A stretch of 64,000 bases of DNA, taken from assembly GCA_001805965.1 (NCBI GenBank), contig MHHG01000012.1, forward strand, positions 220 to 64,219, read 5' to 3'. A model generated the notes under the pieces. That model was not told the DNA's origin, did not search any database, and saw only the letters and a program-made list of their open reading frames with translations. Position numbers and translations under genes: made by a program. Shown piece after piece: positions 20,230-29,873 of the stretch (position 1 is its first letter; each line of letters opens with the position of its first letter). This DNA is from Omnitrophica WOR_2 bacterium RIFOXYA2_FULL_38_17 (GTDB lineage: Bacteria > Omnitrophota > Gorgyraeia > Zapsychrales > Zapsychraceae).

Positions 20230-21690
20230 TTAAAATTGGAAATATATAAATGGTATTATTTTTACAACTCCGTAATTCATTATTACCAGACAAAGCAAAA
20301 GGTATATCGACCATCTTAAAGCAATATATCTTTCAAAATAAGAACACTTGAACCAATCATGCTTTTGAAAATACTGCACAACAACAAAAAACATTATTAA
20401 ATAGATTGATGGTATTACATTTGGATAATATTCAGTTGTTTTCCCTGCCATAAATGACAAGACGACAGAGCTTTTATTCCAGTTAAAAAACAAATGAGAA
20501 TAAATATATATGGCATCTTTTAAAGAATTAGCCCTAAAGAATATCCAGGAAAAACAAACTAATATAAAGGTAAACACTGTCTGCAAAAAAGAATGTATTA
20601 CAGGAAATTTGTTCAATTTAACAATCTTGACAATTAATGATCTCAAATTCCTTGTTAGTTTAGAAAATATGTAATAAAGAGCATGGAGGAATCCCCAGAT
20701 AACAAAAGTCCAGTTCGCTCCATGCCATAGACCACTCAGAAGAAAAACGACAAGGACATTAAAATAAAACCTTTTTGCTGAGACTTTGTTCCCGCCAAGC
20801 GGAATATACAAATAATCCTTAAACCATGTAGTCAAAGAAATATGCCATCTGCTCCAAAACTCTGGAATGGATCTGGCAAAATAGGGCTTATTGAAATTTT
20901 TCATCAGATCAAAACCTAAGACTTTAGCGCTGCCGATAGCAATATCCGAGTATCCAGAAAAATCGCAATAAATCTGAAACGCAAAGAATATAGTAGCTAA
21001 ATTCAATTCTAATCCGGTAAATGCATCAGGTTTAGAGTAAACCTTATCCACAAAGATTGCTAAGCGGTCCGCAATAACCACTTTTTTGAACATGCCCCAC
21101 AACATTAGGCGTAATCCGCTAACAACCCTGTCATAATCGAAATTGAACTTTTTATAAAACTGCGGCAGCAATCTTGTTGATCTTTCAATAGGGCCAGCAA
21201 CTAACTGCGGAAAAAATGCTACATATAATGCAAACATACCTAAATGTTTTTCAGGCTCCTTATCTCCCCTATAAACATCAATAGAGTAGCTCAATGTTTG
21301 AAAAGTATAGAATGATATCCCTACGGGCAGCAAAAGATTCAGGGATGAAAACTTATAATCAACGTGAAAATAATTAAATAAGCACCCAATAGATTGATTA
21401 AAAAAGTTATAGTATTTGAAGATCGCCAACAAACTTAAGTTCGTAAACAAACTTAAAATAAGATATATTTTTCTTTTTGATTTTTCTGAGTGCCTGCCCA
21501 TCATTATCGCCGCAAAATAGTCGATCAGGGTTGATAGAATTATGAGCAAAAGATAACCTGGCTCCCAGCACATATAAAAGTAATAGCTGGCAACAAGAAG
21601 GAATATCCACCTATACTTTTGATCAATCAGAAAATAGACAATTACTACAACCGGAAAAAATATTAAAAATTGTATTGAATTAAATAGCAT
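20230..21690 (-). CDS. Membrane-bound O-acyltransferase (MBOAT; AlgI/DltB family)
   Basis: 486 aa and polytopic. The conserved MBOAT motif FWSRWHISLTTWFKDYLYIPLGGN includes the catalytic His. Confidence 0.8.
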   Translation of the reverse strand: MLFNSIQFLIFFPVVVIVYFLIDQKYRWIFLLVASYYFYMCWEPGYLLLIILSTLIDYFAAIMMGRHSEKSKRKIYLILSLFTNLSLLAIFKYYNFFNQSIGCLFNYFHVDYKFSSLNLLLPVGISFYTFQTLSYSIDVYRGDKEPEKHLGMFALYVAFFPQLVAGPIERSTRLLPQFYKKFNFDYDRVVSGLRLMLWGMFKKVVIADRLAIFVDKVYSKPDAFTGLELNLATIFFAFQIYCDFSGYSDIAIGSAKVLGFDLMKNFNKPYFARSIPEFWSRWHISLTTWFKDYLYIPLGGNKVSAKRFYFNVLVVFLLSGLWHGANWTFVIWGFLHALYYIFSKLTRNLRSLIVKIVKLNKFPVIHSFLQTVFTFILVCFSWIFFRANSLKDAIYIYSHLFFNWNKSSVVLSFMAGKTTEYYPNVIPSIYLIMFFVVVQYFQKHDWFKCSYFERYIALRWSIYLLLCLVIMNYGVVKIIPFIYFQF

Positions 21691-21715
21691 CTAGTAAAAT
21701 ACTTTTATATTTAAG

Positions 21716-22426
21716 TTATAACCCTAGGAACTGAATCGCACACCCGCAAAGCAATATGGCAAACCCTGATATAGCATGCACATATCTTTCAAAATTTTTT
21801 AATGGCAGCAAATTCATACCAAAGGTAGTTATCAAGACAGATGCAATCATCGTTATTATAGTAACTGCACTAAAAACTGATGCTACCAAAACCATGCCCA
21901 CCATGCTTTGTTTAGCCGCTGGATACATCAGTATCGGTATAAGCGGTTCGCATGGGCCTAGAACAAAAACAACAAACAAAGCCCAAGGAACATAAGAAGC
22001 CCCATTACTTTGATGCACATGGGAATGTTCTAGCTTATGAGCGTGTTTGTGAATGTGAATTTCACCATCACTGTGGATATGAGGATGTGTGTGCGGTTTA
22101 TTCTTAATAGCTTGTTTTAAACCATAAATAAAATAAACAAAACCAAATACGATCAACGCCCAAGCAGCCCAATTACCTCTTATAGATTCAAACATTTCAA
22201 GTTTACCAACAGTTATACCTAGCCAAACTCCAATTAAGCCTATTACAATCGAACTACCAACATGACCAATACCGCACAAAAAAGTAATTAAAACAGTCTT
22301 CAGATATGACCATTTTTTTGCTTTCGCCATTGCTATGAACGGCACATAATGATCTGGCCCTAAAATTGTGTGAAAAAAACCAATTGATGCTGCTGCAATT
22401 AATAGCAGCCTGATTTCATTAGACAT
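21716..22426 (-). CDS. NicO/RcnA-family nickel/cobalt permease with histidine-rich loop
   Basis: 236 aa. TM1 FHTILGPDH matches the RcnA LHGLEPGH motif. The central loop is HTHPHIHSDGEIHIHKHAHKLEHSHVHQ, and the later GPCEPLIP parallels the RcnA GGLIPCP. Confidence 0.6.
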   Translation of the reverse strand: MSNEIRLLLIAAASIGFFHTILGPDHYVPFIAMAKAKKWSYLKTVLITFLCGIGHVGSSIVIGLIGVWLGITVGKLEMFESIRGNWAAWALIVFGFVYFIYGLKQAIKNKPHTHPHIHSDGEIHIHKHAHKLEHSHVHQSNGASYVPWALFVVFVLGPCEPLIPILMYPAAKQSMVGMVLVASVFSAVTIITMIASVLITTFGMNLLPLKNFERYVHAISGFAILLCGCAIQFLGL

Positions 22427-22489
22427 TTCAGCTCCTGATTTATAAAAATTATAGTTAGTTCACTTTTACAAACTTATAAAACAATGAAT

Positions 22490-22885
22490 TTAGTCAAGTG
22501 CGCTCATAACCATTTCACCATGCTTCATTCCTTTTAAAGCAATAAGCCTGTCTGATAATTCTCGCAATTGAAAAGCCTTCCCTTTTACAGCAATAGTCTC
22601 TAAACAATTATGATGATCCAAATGGACATGCTGAACTGAAAGCACGGTACTAGGGTAATCATGCTGAATGCTCATCGACTTGTTGAGAATATCTCTTTTG
22701 TGATGGTCATAAACAAGAACTATACAACCGCTTACTTCCTGGTTAGCTTCCCATCTATCATCAACCTGATTTTTTCTAATCAGATATCGTATCGCTTGTG
22801 ACCTATTGGGAAGCTTTTGCTTATTTACAATCTCATCTAAATCTTTTAACAGATTATCTTCTAATGACACACCAAATCTTTTCAT
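22490..22885 (-). CDS. nikR: Nickel-responsive transcriptional regulator NikR
   Basis: 131 aa with an N-terminal ribbon-helix-helix (MKRFGVSLEDNLLKDLDEIV...SQAIRYLIR) and a C-terminal metal-binding ACT-like domain with HVHLDHHNCLE. Confidence 0.8.
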   Translation of the reverse strand: MKRFGVSLEDNLLKDLDEIVNKQKLPNRSQAIRYLIRKNQVDDRWEANQEVSGCIVLVYDHHKRDILNKSMSIQHDYPSTVLSVQHVHLDHHNCLETIAVKGKAFQLRELSDRLIALKGMKHGEMVMSALD

Positions 22886-23002
22886 AGAATAGCACCTTTT
22901 AAGAAATCATAACACCCGATTTTTTCATGTCAACATAAATAATAATCAAATATTTCAGTTAAACAACTTATAAGACTTTAAGGAATTAACTAAATAAGAA
23001 AA

Positions 23003-23048
23003 CCTCAAGTTATAATTTACCATATTTTATATCTTGAGGCTTTTTATT
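23003..23048. terminator. Possible bidirectional intrinsic terminator downstream of the response-regulator gene
   Basis: A 7-bp stem CCTCAAG/CTTGAGG with a large roughly 22-nt loop is followed by CTTTTTATT on the plus strand and preceded by an A-rich tract, giving T-runs in both orientations. The stem is weak and the loop long. Confidence 0.3.
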
Positions 23049-23069
23049 ATATAGCAGTTTTTAAAACAA

Positions 23070-23657
23070 TTAAACTTTTCCAATTAGGGAATTAATCTTT
23101 TCTACCAAAAGATCTTCATTAAACGGCTTATCTAAACAACAATCTACATCCAATGATTTTATTCTCTCTCTTCCATCATCATCAAAAAATGCAGAGATTG
23201 CAATAATTTTAACATTTGCATTCTCTGGGACATCTTTTATTCTCTTAGCTACTTCATAACCATCCATTCCCGGCATGCGTATATCCAGCAATACTATATC
23301 CGGCCGAAAAAGTAGCATTTTCCTTCCTGCATCAAAACCATCACGCGCAATATCTATTTCAAAATTATCAATTCTTGCAAGGACTCTTTTTATGGAGTTT
23401 GACATATTCTTATCATCATCAACTATGAGTATTTTCTTCTTTGAACCATTATTAGCATTAGAAACAAAATCTTCCGGGATTGGAATATTATGTTCTTTCA
23501 GAAAAGATATAAAATCATCTTCTTTTACTCTATTATGATTACCAAGTGTTCTGAACGCCTTAATTTTACCTTCACTGATCCATTGAGCCACTGTTCTTGG
23601 CGAAACATCACAATGTTTTGCAATGTCATATGTTGTAAGTGCTTTTTTATTCACCAT
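23070..23657 (-). CDS. Response regulator with N-terminal excisionase/MerR-type HTH and C-terminal receiver domain
   Basis: 195 aa. The N-terminus TTYDIAKHCDVSPRTVAQWISEGKIKAFRTLGNHNRV is an HTH_17-like DNA-binding domain. The C-terminus is a receiver (ILIVDDD...LLDIRMPGMDGYEV). Confidence 0.7.
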   Translation of the reverse strand: MVNKKALTTYDIAKHCDVSPRTVAQWISEGKIKAFRTLGNHNRVKEDDFISFLKEHNIPIPEDFVSNANNGSKKKILIVDDDKNMSNSIKRVLARIDNFEIDIARDGFDAGRKMLLFRPDIVLLDIRMPGMDGYEVAKRIKDVPENANVKIIAISAFFDDDGRERIKSLDVDCCLDKPFNEDLLVEKINSLIGKV

Positions 23658-23865
23658 AAATTATATTCCTATGAATAAGTTATAAATTTTTTAAATTCTA
23701 ACCATAACTATTTTGTTATTCCTGAAATACTCTTTTTTCTCGTTTTTCAGGTTTGACTTGTTTAAATATAAAATATTATGAGACTAATGTCAATGCCATA
23801 AATTTCGTTTATCATGTTTTTTTACTAAATCACATTAAAACAGCAATAATATGAAATTTTTATAT

Positions 23866-24957
23866 TTAATTATCAAATAGATTCAAATATTCTTCATAAC
23901 CTTGTTCAGACAAGTCATTTTTAGGAATGAACTTTAATGCTGCTGAATTAATGCAGTATCTTAATCCTGTTGGCTGTGGGCCATCATGAAAAACATGCCC
24001 CAGATGTGAATCAGCATTCTTGCTTCTTACCTCAACCCTTTTGCTAAACAAAGAATTGTCATCTTTTTCTACAATATTAACTGGCTCAAGAGGCTTAGTA
24101 AAACTTGGCCATCCTGTTCCCGATTTAAACTTATCTTTTGAACTAAAAAGAACTTCTCCTGAAATTATATCAACATAAATCCCTTCACTTATATTATCCC
24201 AATATTCATTAGCAAATGGCTTTTCTGTTCCATTCTCTTGGGTAACCTTATACTGAAGTGGTGTTATTTTTGATTTCAGCTCTTTTACAGATAGCTTGAC
24301 AAATTTACCTTTTGAATTATTATGATTCTCCGTTTTAAGATCAGCACTCCAGGATCTATTCAAGAATTGGTCACGTCCTGATCTTGATCTGTAATATTTG
24401 TATTTAACAGGATGATTCTTATAGTAATCCTGATGGTATTCTTCTGCCGGATAAAAGCGTGAAAATTCAATTATTTTTGTTACAACCAGCTTGCTGAATC
24501 TTGCCGAAGCATCTAGATTTTTCTTTGATTCAATAGCTATCTTTTTTTCTTCTTCATTTGAATAGAATATTGCACTTGTATAATAAGCTCCTCTATCAAC
24601 AAATTGGCCCCCTTCATCCGTTGGGTCTATTTGCCGCCAAAAAACATCTAGAAGCTGAGAATAAGATATTTTTTCAGGATCATAAGTAACTTCAATAGCC
24701 TCTAAATGTCCTTTTTGACCATAATTCTCATAAGTTGGATTGTCACCCTTCCCCCCTGTATATCCTGAAACTACAGATAAAACACCATCCAGTTTTTCAA
24801 AAGGTAACTCCATGCACCAAAAGCACCCTCCTGCAAAAACAGCTTTTTTATATTGGCCTCCCATTGCAAAACTCCCCATAAAGTTTATTGCAAAACATAT
24901 AAAACATATCCTGATAATAACTCCTGATTTAGGAATTATATTTTTTATGTTTTGCAT
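23866..24957 (-). CDS. msrAB: Bifunctional peptide methionine sulfoxide reductase MsrA-MsrB fusion with N-terminal membrane anchor or signal
   Basis: 363 aa with a hydrophobic N-terminus, the MsrA active-site motif GGCFWCME, and an MsrB domain with [10 protein letters not shown] and RYCINSAAL. Confidence 0.85.
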   Translation of the reverse strand: MQNIKNIIPKSGVIIRICFICFAINFMGSFAMGGQYKKAVFAGGCFWCMELPFEKLDGVLSVVSGYTGGKGDNPTYENYGQKGHLEAIEVTYDPEKISYSQLLDVFWRQIDPTDEGGQFVDRGAYYTSAIFYSNEEEKKIAIESKKNLDASARFSKLVVTKIIEFSRFYPAEEYHQDYYKNHPVKYKYYRSRSGRDQFLNRSWSADLKTENHNNSKGKFVKLSVKELKSKITPLQYKVTQENGTEKPFANEYWDNISEGIYVDIISGEVLFSSKDKFKSGTGWPSFTKPLEPVNIVEKDDNSLFSKRVEVRSKNADSHLGHVFHDGPQPTGLRYCINSAALKFIPKNDLSEQGYEEYLNLFDN

Positions 24958-24968
24958 TTTTAGTCCTC

Positions 24969-25388
24969 CTATTTTACTAATAGATCAAAATATATTGCCG
25001 CCATAAGAGCCAATCCAGAAGCTATAAAAATAAACAAAAAGTTCACTCTTTCTTTGTTAGACCTTATTTGGCACAAAATAACGGAAAGTATCTTATAATC
25101 TTCATTAGTCAGGAGTGTTTCTTTGTTGATCTTTTCAAGGAGCCCAGAATCATCAATAAGTTTGCTTCTTTCTTTAAACACTCCATATTTATACATAAAA
25201 AAAACAAAAAAACCTGTAACTCCTATATACCAGGCTAGTTTTCCCCAAAAAGGGGACAGATTCATCAAAACCGTAACAACGCGAATGGCTACAGTAGAAA
25301 TAAATCCGATTATTATAAAAATCCAAGATATAAATTCTTTTCGGCAGGCTTTTAAGCCTTTACAGTTAGAACACTGAATGTGCGTCAT
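24969..25388 (-). CDS. Small membrane protein with N-terminal Cys cluster ([10 protein letters not shown])
   Basis: 139 aa with 3 TM helices and CxxC...C at the N-terminus. It lies immediately downstream of msrAB with an 11-nt gap. Function unknown. Confidence 0.3.
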   Translation of the reverse strand: MTHIQCSNCKGLKACRKEFISWIFIIIGFISTVAIRVVTVLMNLSPFWGKLAWYIGVTGFFVFFMYKYGVFKERSKLIDDSGLLEKINKETLLTNEDYKILSVILCQIRSNKERVNFLFIFIASGLALMAAIYFDLLVK

Positions 25389-25412
25389 AGAACCTTTCCA
25401 ATAATTATGATT

Positions 25413-26000
25413 TTATAAAACTTTCTGTCCGATCAGATTAACTCCTGTGGACAATTTTTCACCGAACAGTCTTGCCTGTTCAACAGAAAGACCATCATCC
25501 CAACTATCATTCATTCTTGCACGGCAATCAATAGCACCCATCCATGTCATACCCAGAAAATCAGCTGTAGCGCACATTGCAAGCTGTAAATAGTCTGAGC
25601 CATTCATTAAATGAGAGCCTCCGTGGGTACTAAGAAGCGCTAAACCTTTTCCCTTGAGAGCTGTAGTAAAATCAGGATTTATAAAATCTGTCCATCTATC
25701 AACAAACAGTTTTAATTTTCCGGACATCTGATACCAATAAATTGGCGATGATAACAAAATAATATCTGCCTTTAACATTTTTTTCTTTAGTGCTGGCATA
25801 TCGTCTTTTATTTTATCTGTTTGCTTTTTCATAACATCACCAAAATAGTCTTTCCAAACTGCTTCAACATTGTAATCATAAACTTGGATAGACTCTATTT
25901 CAGCATCTTTATTTTTCTTCATTCCTTCTATACAGGCATTTAATAATTTAGCGCTATTTCCCTTCGCATCAGGACTTCCGTGAACAGTTAAAATTTTCAT
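25413..26000 (-). CDS. Flavodoxin-like fold NAD(P)H-dependent FMN reductase / iron-sulfur flavoprotein-like
   Basis: 195 aa with N-terminal MKILTVHGSPDAKGNSAKLL and SSPIYWYQMSGKLKLFVDR, typical of NADPH-dependent FMN reductase family proteins. Confidence 0.6.
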   Translation of the reverse strand: MKILTVHGSPDAKGNSAKLLNACIEGMKKNKDAEIESIQVYDYNVEAVWKDYFGDVMKKQTDKIKDDMPALKKKMLKADIILLSSPIYWYQMSGKLKLFVDRWTDFINPDFTTALKGKGLALLSTHGGSHLMNGSDYLQLAMCATADFLGMTWMGAIDCRARMNDSWDDGLSVEQARLFGEKLSTGVNLIGQKVL

Positions 26001-26028
26001 AACAACTCCTTAAGCAAAAATATATTTT

Positions 26029-26535
26029 CTATTTTTTCCCAAACATGATGCTTATATCCTTTTTTATTGCTTCGAGGTCTTCTTCATGCATAACCTCATC
26101 AGTCATTATCTGTAATGCCATATCATAAGTAACTGGATCCTTATCTTTAGTAAATTTCATTATATTCTCATAAACAGATATAGCACACTGTTCGCCTTTT
26201 ATATTCTGGTCTAATAAAACTCTTACATCCGGATTCGCTGGCTTATCATAACCACAGTTAGTAAAATCATACCATTCCTTAGGCTCAAGTAACGGCTCTC
26301 CTCCTAATTGGATTATCCTATCTGCTACCATGCCAGCATGACGCAACTCATCAGCTGAATGCTGTATTAATTCTGCAACAACCGCCTCCTTCGGCATACC
26401 AACAGCAACCTTTGCTCCAAGCCAATATTGATAATATGCAAGCCATTCATCAGCAAAGGCCTTGTTCAATAATGTTAATAATTTCGGGATCTTGATACCC
26501 AATGATTCTAGTATTGCTCTTCCTTTAGTACCCAT
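26029..26535 (-). CDS. bfr: Bacterioferritin-like (ferritin-like di-iron) protein
   Basis: 168 aa. LNKAFADEWLAYYQYWLGAK...ELIQHSADELRHAGMVADRIIQLGGEP fits the Bfr helix A/B ligand pattern (E...QY...E..H) and ...DEVMHEEDLE fits helix D. Confidence 0.5.
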   Translation of the reverse strand: MGTKGRAILESLGIKIPKLLTLLNKAFADEWLAYYQYWLGAKVAVGMPKEAVVAELIQHSADELRHAGMVADRIIQLGGEPLLEPKEWYDFTNCGYDKPANPDVRVLLDQNIKGEQCAISVYENIMKFTKDKDPVTYDMALQIMTDEVMHEEDLEAIKKDISIMFGKK

Positions 26536-26581
26536 CTTAAATCCTCCTTTTTAAAAAATACTGTTTTAACATTCTTAAATC

Positions 26582-27394
26582 CTATCCAAAAGCAACATCC
26601 AATACCATCATTACTACAAAGCCTAACATTGCGCCCATTGTGGCAAGGTCTGCATTGCCTTCTCTTTGTGATTCAGGGATAACTTCCTCGATAACCACAA
26701 AAATCATAGCCCCAGCCGCAAATGCCAAAGCATAAGGTAATATTGGCTTAGCCACGATAACAGCAGCTGCACCAATAACACTAAATATCGGTTCAACAAC
26801 ACCTGACAGCTGTCCATACCAAAAACTTTTTGAACGGGACATGCCATCACGCCTTAAAGGGACTGATATTGCAAAACCTTCCGGGAAATTTTGAATTCCT
26901 ATACCAATCGCCAGTGCTATGGCACCAGATAATGTTGCTGACGGTAATCCGGCGGTTACCGCACCAAACGCAACGCCAACAGCCAATCCTTCAGGAATAT
27001 TATGTAATGTAATAGCAAGTACCAGCAATGTACTTCTTTTCCACGAAGTTTTAACACCTTCTGCTTCATCCATATTAAATCCCAAGTGAAGGTGCGGCAG
27101 AATCTTATCAATAAGCCTCAAAAATATTCCGCCGAGTAAAAATCCGGCTGCTGCAGGAAACCATACAGGCAAATACATGCCTTCTGACATTTCAATAGCT
27201 GGTGCAAGAAGCGACCAATAGCTAGCTGCTATCATAACACCACCCGCAAAACCTAACATTATATCTAAAACTTTTCGATTTACCTGTCTTGTGGCAAAAA
27301 CTGTGGCAGCCCCTAATACTGTAACAGACCAAGTAAAGAGGCCAGCAATAAGAGCCTGAGAAACTGGATGGAATTTCTGAAAGATATCAATCAT
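26582..27394 (-). CDS. zupT: ZIP-family divalent metal transporter (ZupT-like)
   Basis: 270 aa and polytopic, with the ZIP signature [10 protein letters not shown] and a second [10 protein letters not shown] motif. Confidence 0.8.
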   Translation of the reverse strand: MIDIFQKFHPVSQALIAGLFTWSVTVLGAATVFATRQVNRKVLDIMLGFAGGVMIAASYWSLLAPAIEMSEGMYLPVWFPAAAGFLLGGIFLRLIDKILPHLHLGFNMDEAEGVKTSWKRSTLLVLAITLHNIPEGLAVGVAFGAVTAGLPSATLSGAIALAIGIGIQNFPEGFAISVPLRRDGMSRSKSFWYGQLSGVVEPIFSVIGAAAVIVAKPILPYALAFAAGAMIFVVIEEVIPESQREGNADLATMGAMLGFVVMMVLDVAFG

Positions 27395-27587
27395 AAGATC
27401 GAACCTGTTATAAAGCTTCTTTTCAACATCACCTTATGAATATTTTTAAATAGCATGAATTATGATTTTACAAAAACCCTTAATTACTTTATTTTTTCAG
27501 GCTTACATAAATTAATTTGAGGATAGCATTATACATTCAGATCATTTGTAAACTAATAATATTATTATAGCCATATAAGTTTAGCTT

Positions 27588-28148
27588 TCAAGCAAACAAG
27601 TGCCCAACCAATATTTTGGCACCTATGCCTATAAGTATCAATCCCGCGACTATCTCAATTTTCTTCTCGAAAATTTCACCAAATTTATTGCCTATAAAAA
27701 ATCCTGTATAAGACATAACAAATGTAATTACTCCTATAACAACCACTGGCATAATAATTGATACCTTTAAGAAAGACAGGCTCAACCCCACTGCCAAAGC
27801 ATCAATACTTGTAGCAATTGAAAGGGCCATCAAGACTTTGTAACTCACATTACTGTCAGACCTTTCTAAAACATCTATCTTTCCAGCTTCCATTATCATT
27901 TTAACTCCGATCAAACTAAGCAATCCAAAAGCTAACCAGTGATCAATACCTTCTATCAGATGAACAAAACTTCTGCCAGCAAGCCATCCAATAATCGGCA
28001 TAACCATCTGAAATAGACCGAAACTTAGACCAAACTTCAATGCATTTTTGATCTTCTGTTTCTTTATTATCACACCACTGGCTATAGAAACTGCAAACGC
28101 ATCCATAGATAAAGAAAGTGCTATTAAAATCGTTGTTAAAAAATTCAT
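27588..28148 (-). CDS. mntP: Manganese efflux pump MntP
   Basis: 186 aa with two repeats of the MntP motif (LSLSMDAFAVSIASG and IATSIDALAVGLSL). Confidence 0.8.
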   Translation of the reverse strand: MNFLTTILIALSLSMDAFAVSIASGVIIKKQKIKNALKFGLSFGLFQMVMPIIGWLAGRSFVHLIEGIDHWLAFGLLSLIGVKMIMEAGKIDVLERSDSNVSYKVLMALSIATSIDALAVGLSLSFLKVSIIMPVVVIGVITFVMSYTGFFIGNKFGEIFEKKIEIVAGLILIGIGAKILVGHLFA

Positions 28149-28172
28149 GTTTGTTAAAATTTATTTATAAGA

Positions 28173-29240
28173 TTACCGTTTAAAATGTTTTTTAATGAAC
28201 CTGTCAATGCTCACTTTTTCCTCTAAAGATTGGATGCCGATTAAATAATCAGCCATTTGATTTGAATAAAAAGGGCCCCAGAGCAATCCTTTTGACGCCA
28301 AACCATTAAATATTGCAAGAGAACTAAATTCTGGATGCCTGCCCAATGCTGGATTCAAATCCTTCATGATGGGCCTAACTCCTGCCATGTGGTCAACAAC
28401 CTCAAATGATGCCTTAATAAAGATCCCGATTTCCGTCAAGATCTCCTCTTTTGCTTTTTCAGTTATTTTGCAGTCAAATTTATCCCACGAATATGTTGAT
28501 CCCGCTGTATATTTTCCATCACCAATCGGTATACACCATTTACCACAGCTAATAACTGCATCTGGAAGGCCGGAATCTTTATTTGACAATGTCAATATCT
28601 CTCCTTTTGCATGATTAAAAGGAAGCCAGGAAAACCATGGATTATCTTGAGATTGATAGCCTTCGCAAAAGACTACACATCGATAATAATTACTCTTCCA
28701 TTCAACAAGATCGTCTTTAATTTTCAAATCATCATAAACCAACTTTCCCGAAACCAACAAATTGTTCTCTTTGAAATAATCAGTGAAACAATTCAACAGA
28801 TCAAGTTTGCGGCAATACCCTCCCTGCTGAATGATAAAACTTCCTTTTTGATCATTTAGAGAATCTGCATAAGTGCCGGGCTTCTGTTTTTTTCCATAAT
28901 ATTTCTTAAGATGAGTTTGCTGTCTTTTTCTCGACCATTCATATAATTCCTGTTTAGAGCCGAACAATCTTACTATTTCTTTTGATTCAAAGAATTTTTT
29001 ATTAAATAATCTTTCAAGCTCATGATAGACTTCCTTTGCATAAGGCAAAAGCTCTTCACATCTCTGGGATAAAACCAGCCGCTTCCCTGTAATAGGATTA
29101 ATCATTCCAGCAGCAGCTAAAGATGAGCAGTTTTCATGATCTTGGTCAATAATAGCTATTGATTTATTTCGCCTCAACAAATTCCAGGATAAAAAGCTAC
29201 CCGCCAATCCTTGTCCGACAATAAGATAATCTTTAACCAT
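28173..29240 (-). CDS. FAD-dependent oxidoreductase (DAO family; MnmC C-terminal-domain-like)
   Basis: 355 aa with the N-terminal dinucleotide fold DYLIVGQGLAGSFLSWNLL. Overall it resembles glycine/D-amino-acid oxidase. It overlaps the downstream methyltransferase by 8 nt. Confidence 0.5.
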   Translation of the reverse strand: MVKDYLIVGQGLAGSFLSWNLLRRNKSIAIIDQDHENCSSLAAAGMINPITGKRLVLSQRCEELLPYAKEVYHELERLFNKKFFESKEIVRLFGSKQELYEWSRKRQQTHLKKYYGKKQKPGTYADSLNDQKGSFIIQQGGYCRKLDLLNCFTDYFKENNLLVSGKLVYDDLKIKDDLVEWKSNYYRCVVFCEGYQSQDNPWFSWLPFNHAKGEILTLSNKDSGLPDAVISCGKWCIPIGDGKYTAGSTYSWDKFDCKITEKAKEEILTEIGIFIKASFEVVDHMAGVRPIMKDLNPALGRHPEFSSLAIFNGLASKGLLWGPFYSNQMADYLIGIQSLEEKVSIDRFIKKHFKR

Positions 29241-29829
29241 TCTTCTGTCTATAAACCCTTTTCTCTATTCCGATCAAAAGCGGAGGGTTGTTATCTTGAT
29301 TAATGAAATCCAGACGAAATACATTATACTTTTGTTTATCCAATTTTTCCGAATAAGCGCATACCTTCTCTTTTTCATCTGTGCCTGTTGGCGGGCCATA
29401 ATATACAACAAGTAATATTAGCCCTCCATCAACAAGCAAATCCAAAGATTTATTTATCGCTAAAATTGTATTTTGAGCTTTTGTTGTTATCTTTTTATCG
29501 CTTCCCGGTAAATATCCTAAATTAAATACAACAAGCTTTACCTTATCTTTAATATATTTATCTATAAATTCATGTCCATCATTTACCAGCTTAACATTTC
29601 TAAAAATATTATTACTCTCTAAAAGCGATTTAGTATTATCGATGGCGTTAGCCTGTATGTCAAAGCTATAAACCTTACCTTTGGATCCAACAATATTCGC
29701 TAAAAACAATGTATCATTCCCATTACCAGCTGTAGCATCTACTGCAATATCGCCCTCCTTCAGCTTCTGAGAGATGATTATTTTTGCAATATTAAGTGAT
29801 TGATTTAAAAATTCCTGGGATTTAAACAT
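29233..29829 (-). CDS. Class I SAM-dependent methyltransferase (MnmM/YtqB-like tRNA mnm5U methyltransferase family)
   Basis: 198 aa. DIAVDATAGNGNDTLFLANIVG closely parallels the B. subtilis YtqB/MnmM motif DATMGNGHDT. Confidence 0.55.
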   Translation of the reverse strand: MFKSQEFLNQSLNIAKIIISQKLKEGDIAVDATAGNGNDTLFLANIVGSKGKVYSFDIQANAIDNTKSLLESNNIFRNVKLVNDGHEFIDKYIKDKVKLVVFNLGYLPGSDKKITTKAQNTILAINKSLDLLVDGGLILLVVYYGPPTGTDEKEKVCAYSEKLDKQKYNVFRLDFINQDNNPPLLIGIEKRVYRQKNG

Positions 29830-29873
29830 TATTAAATTGAGTTTAAAGGTTTAATGTGAAGCCATTAAATCAA

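Noticed and set aside
20228-20314. N-terminal 29 codons of the 19223-20314 ORF (MVDIPFALSGNNELRSCKNNTIYIFPILI) overlapping the MBOAT gene.
   Set aside because: This stretch overlaps the MBOAT C-terminus by about 85 nt. The internal Met (MNLNRF...) at 20227 starts a typical signal anchor directly after the MBOAT stop, so the shorter start is preferred.
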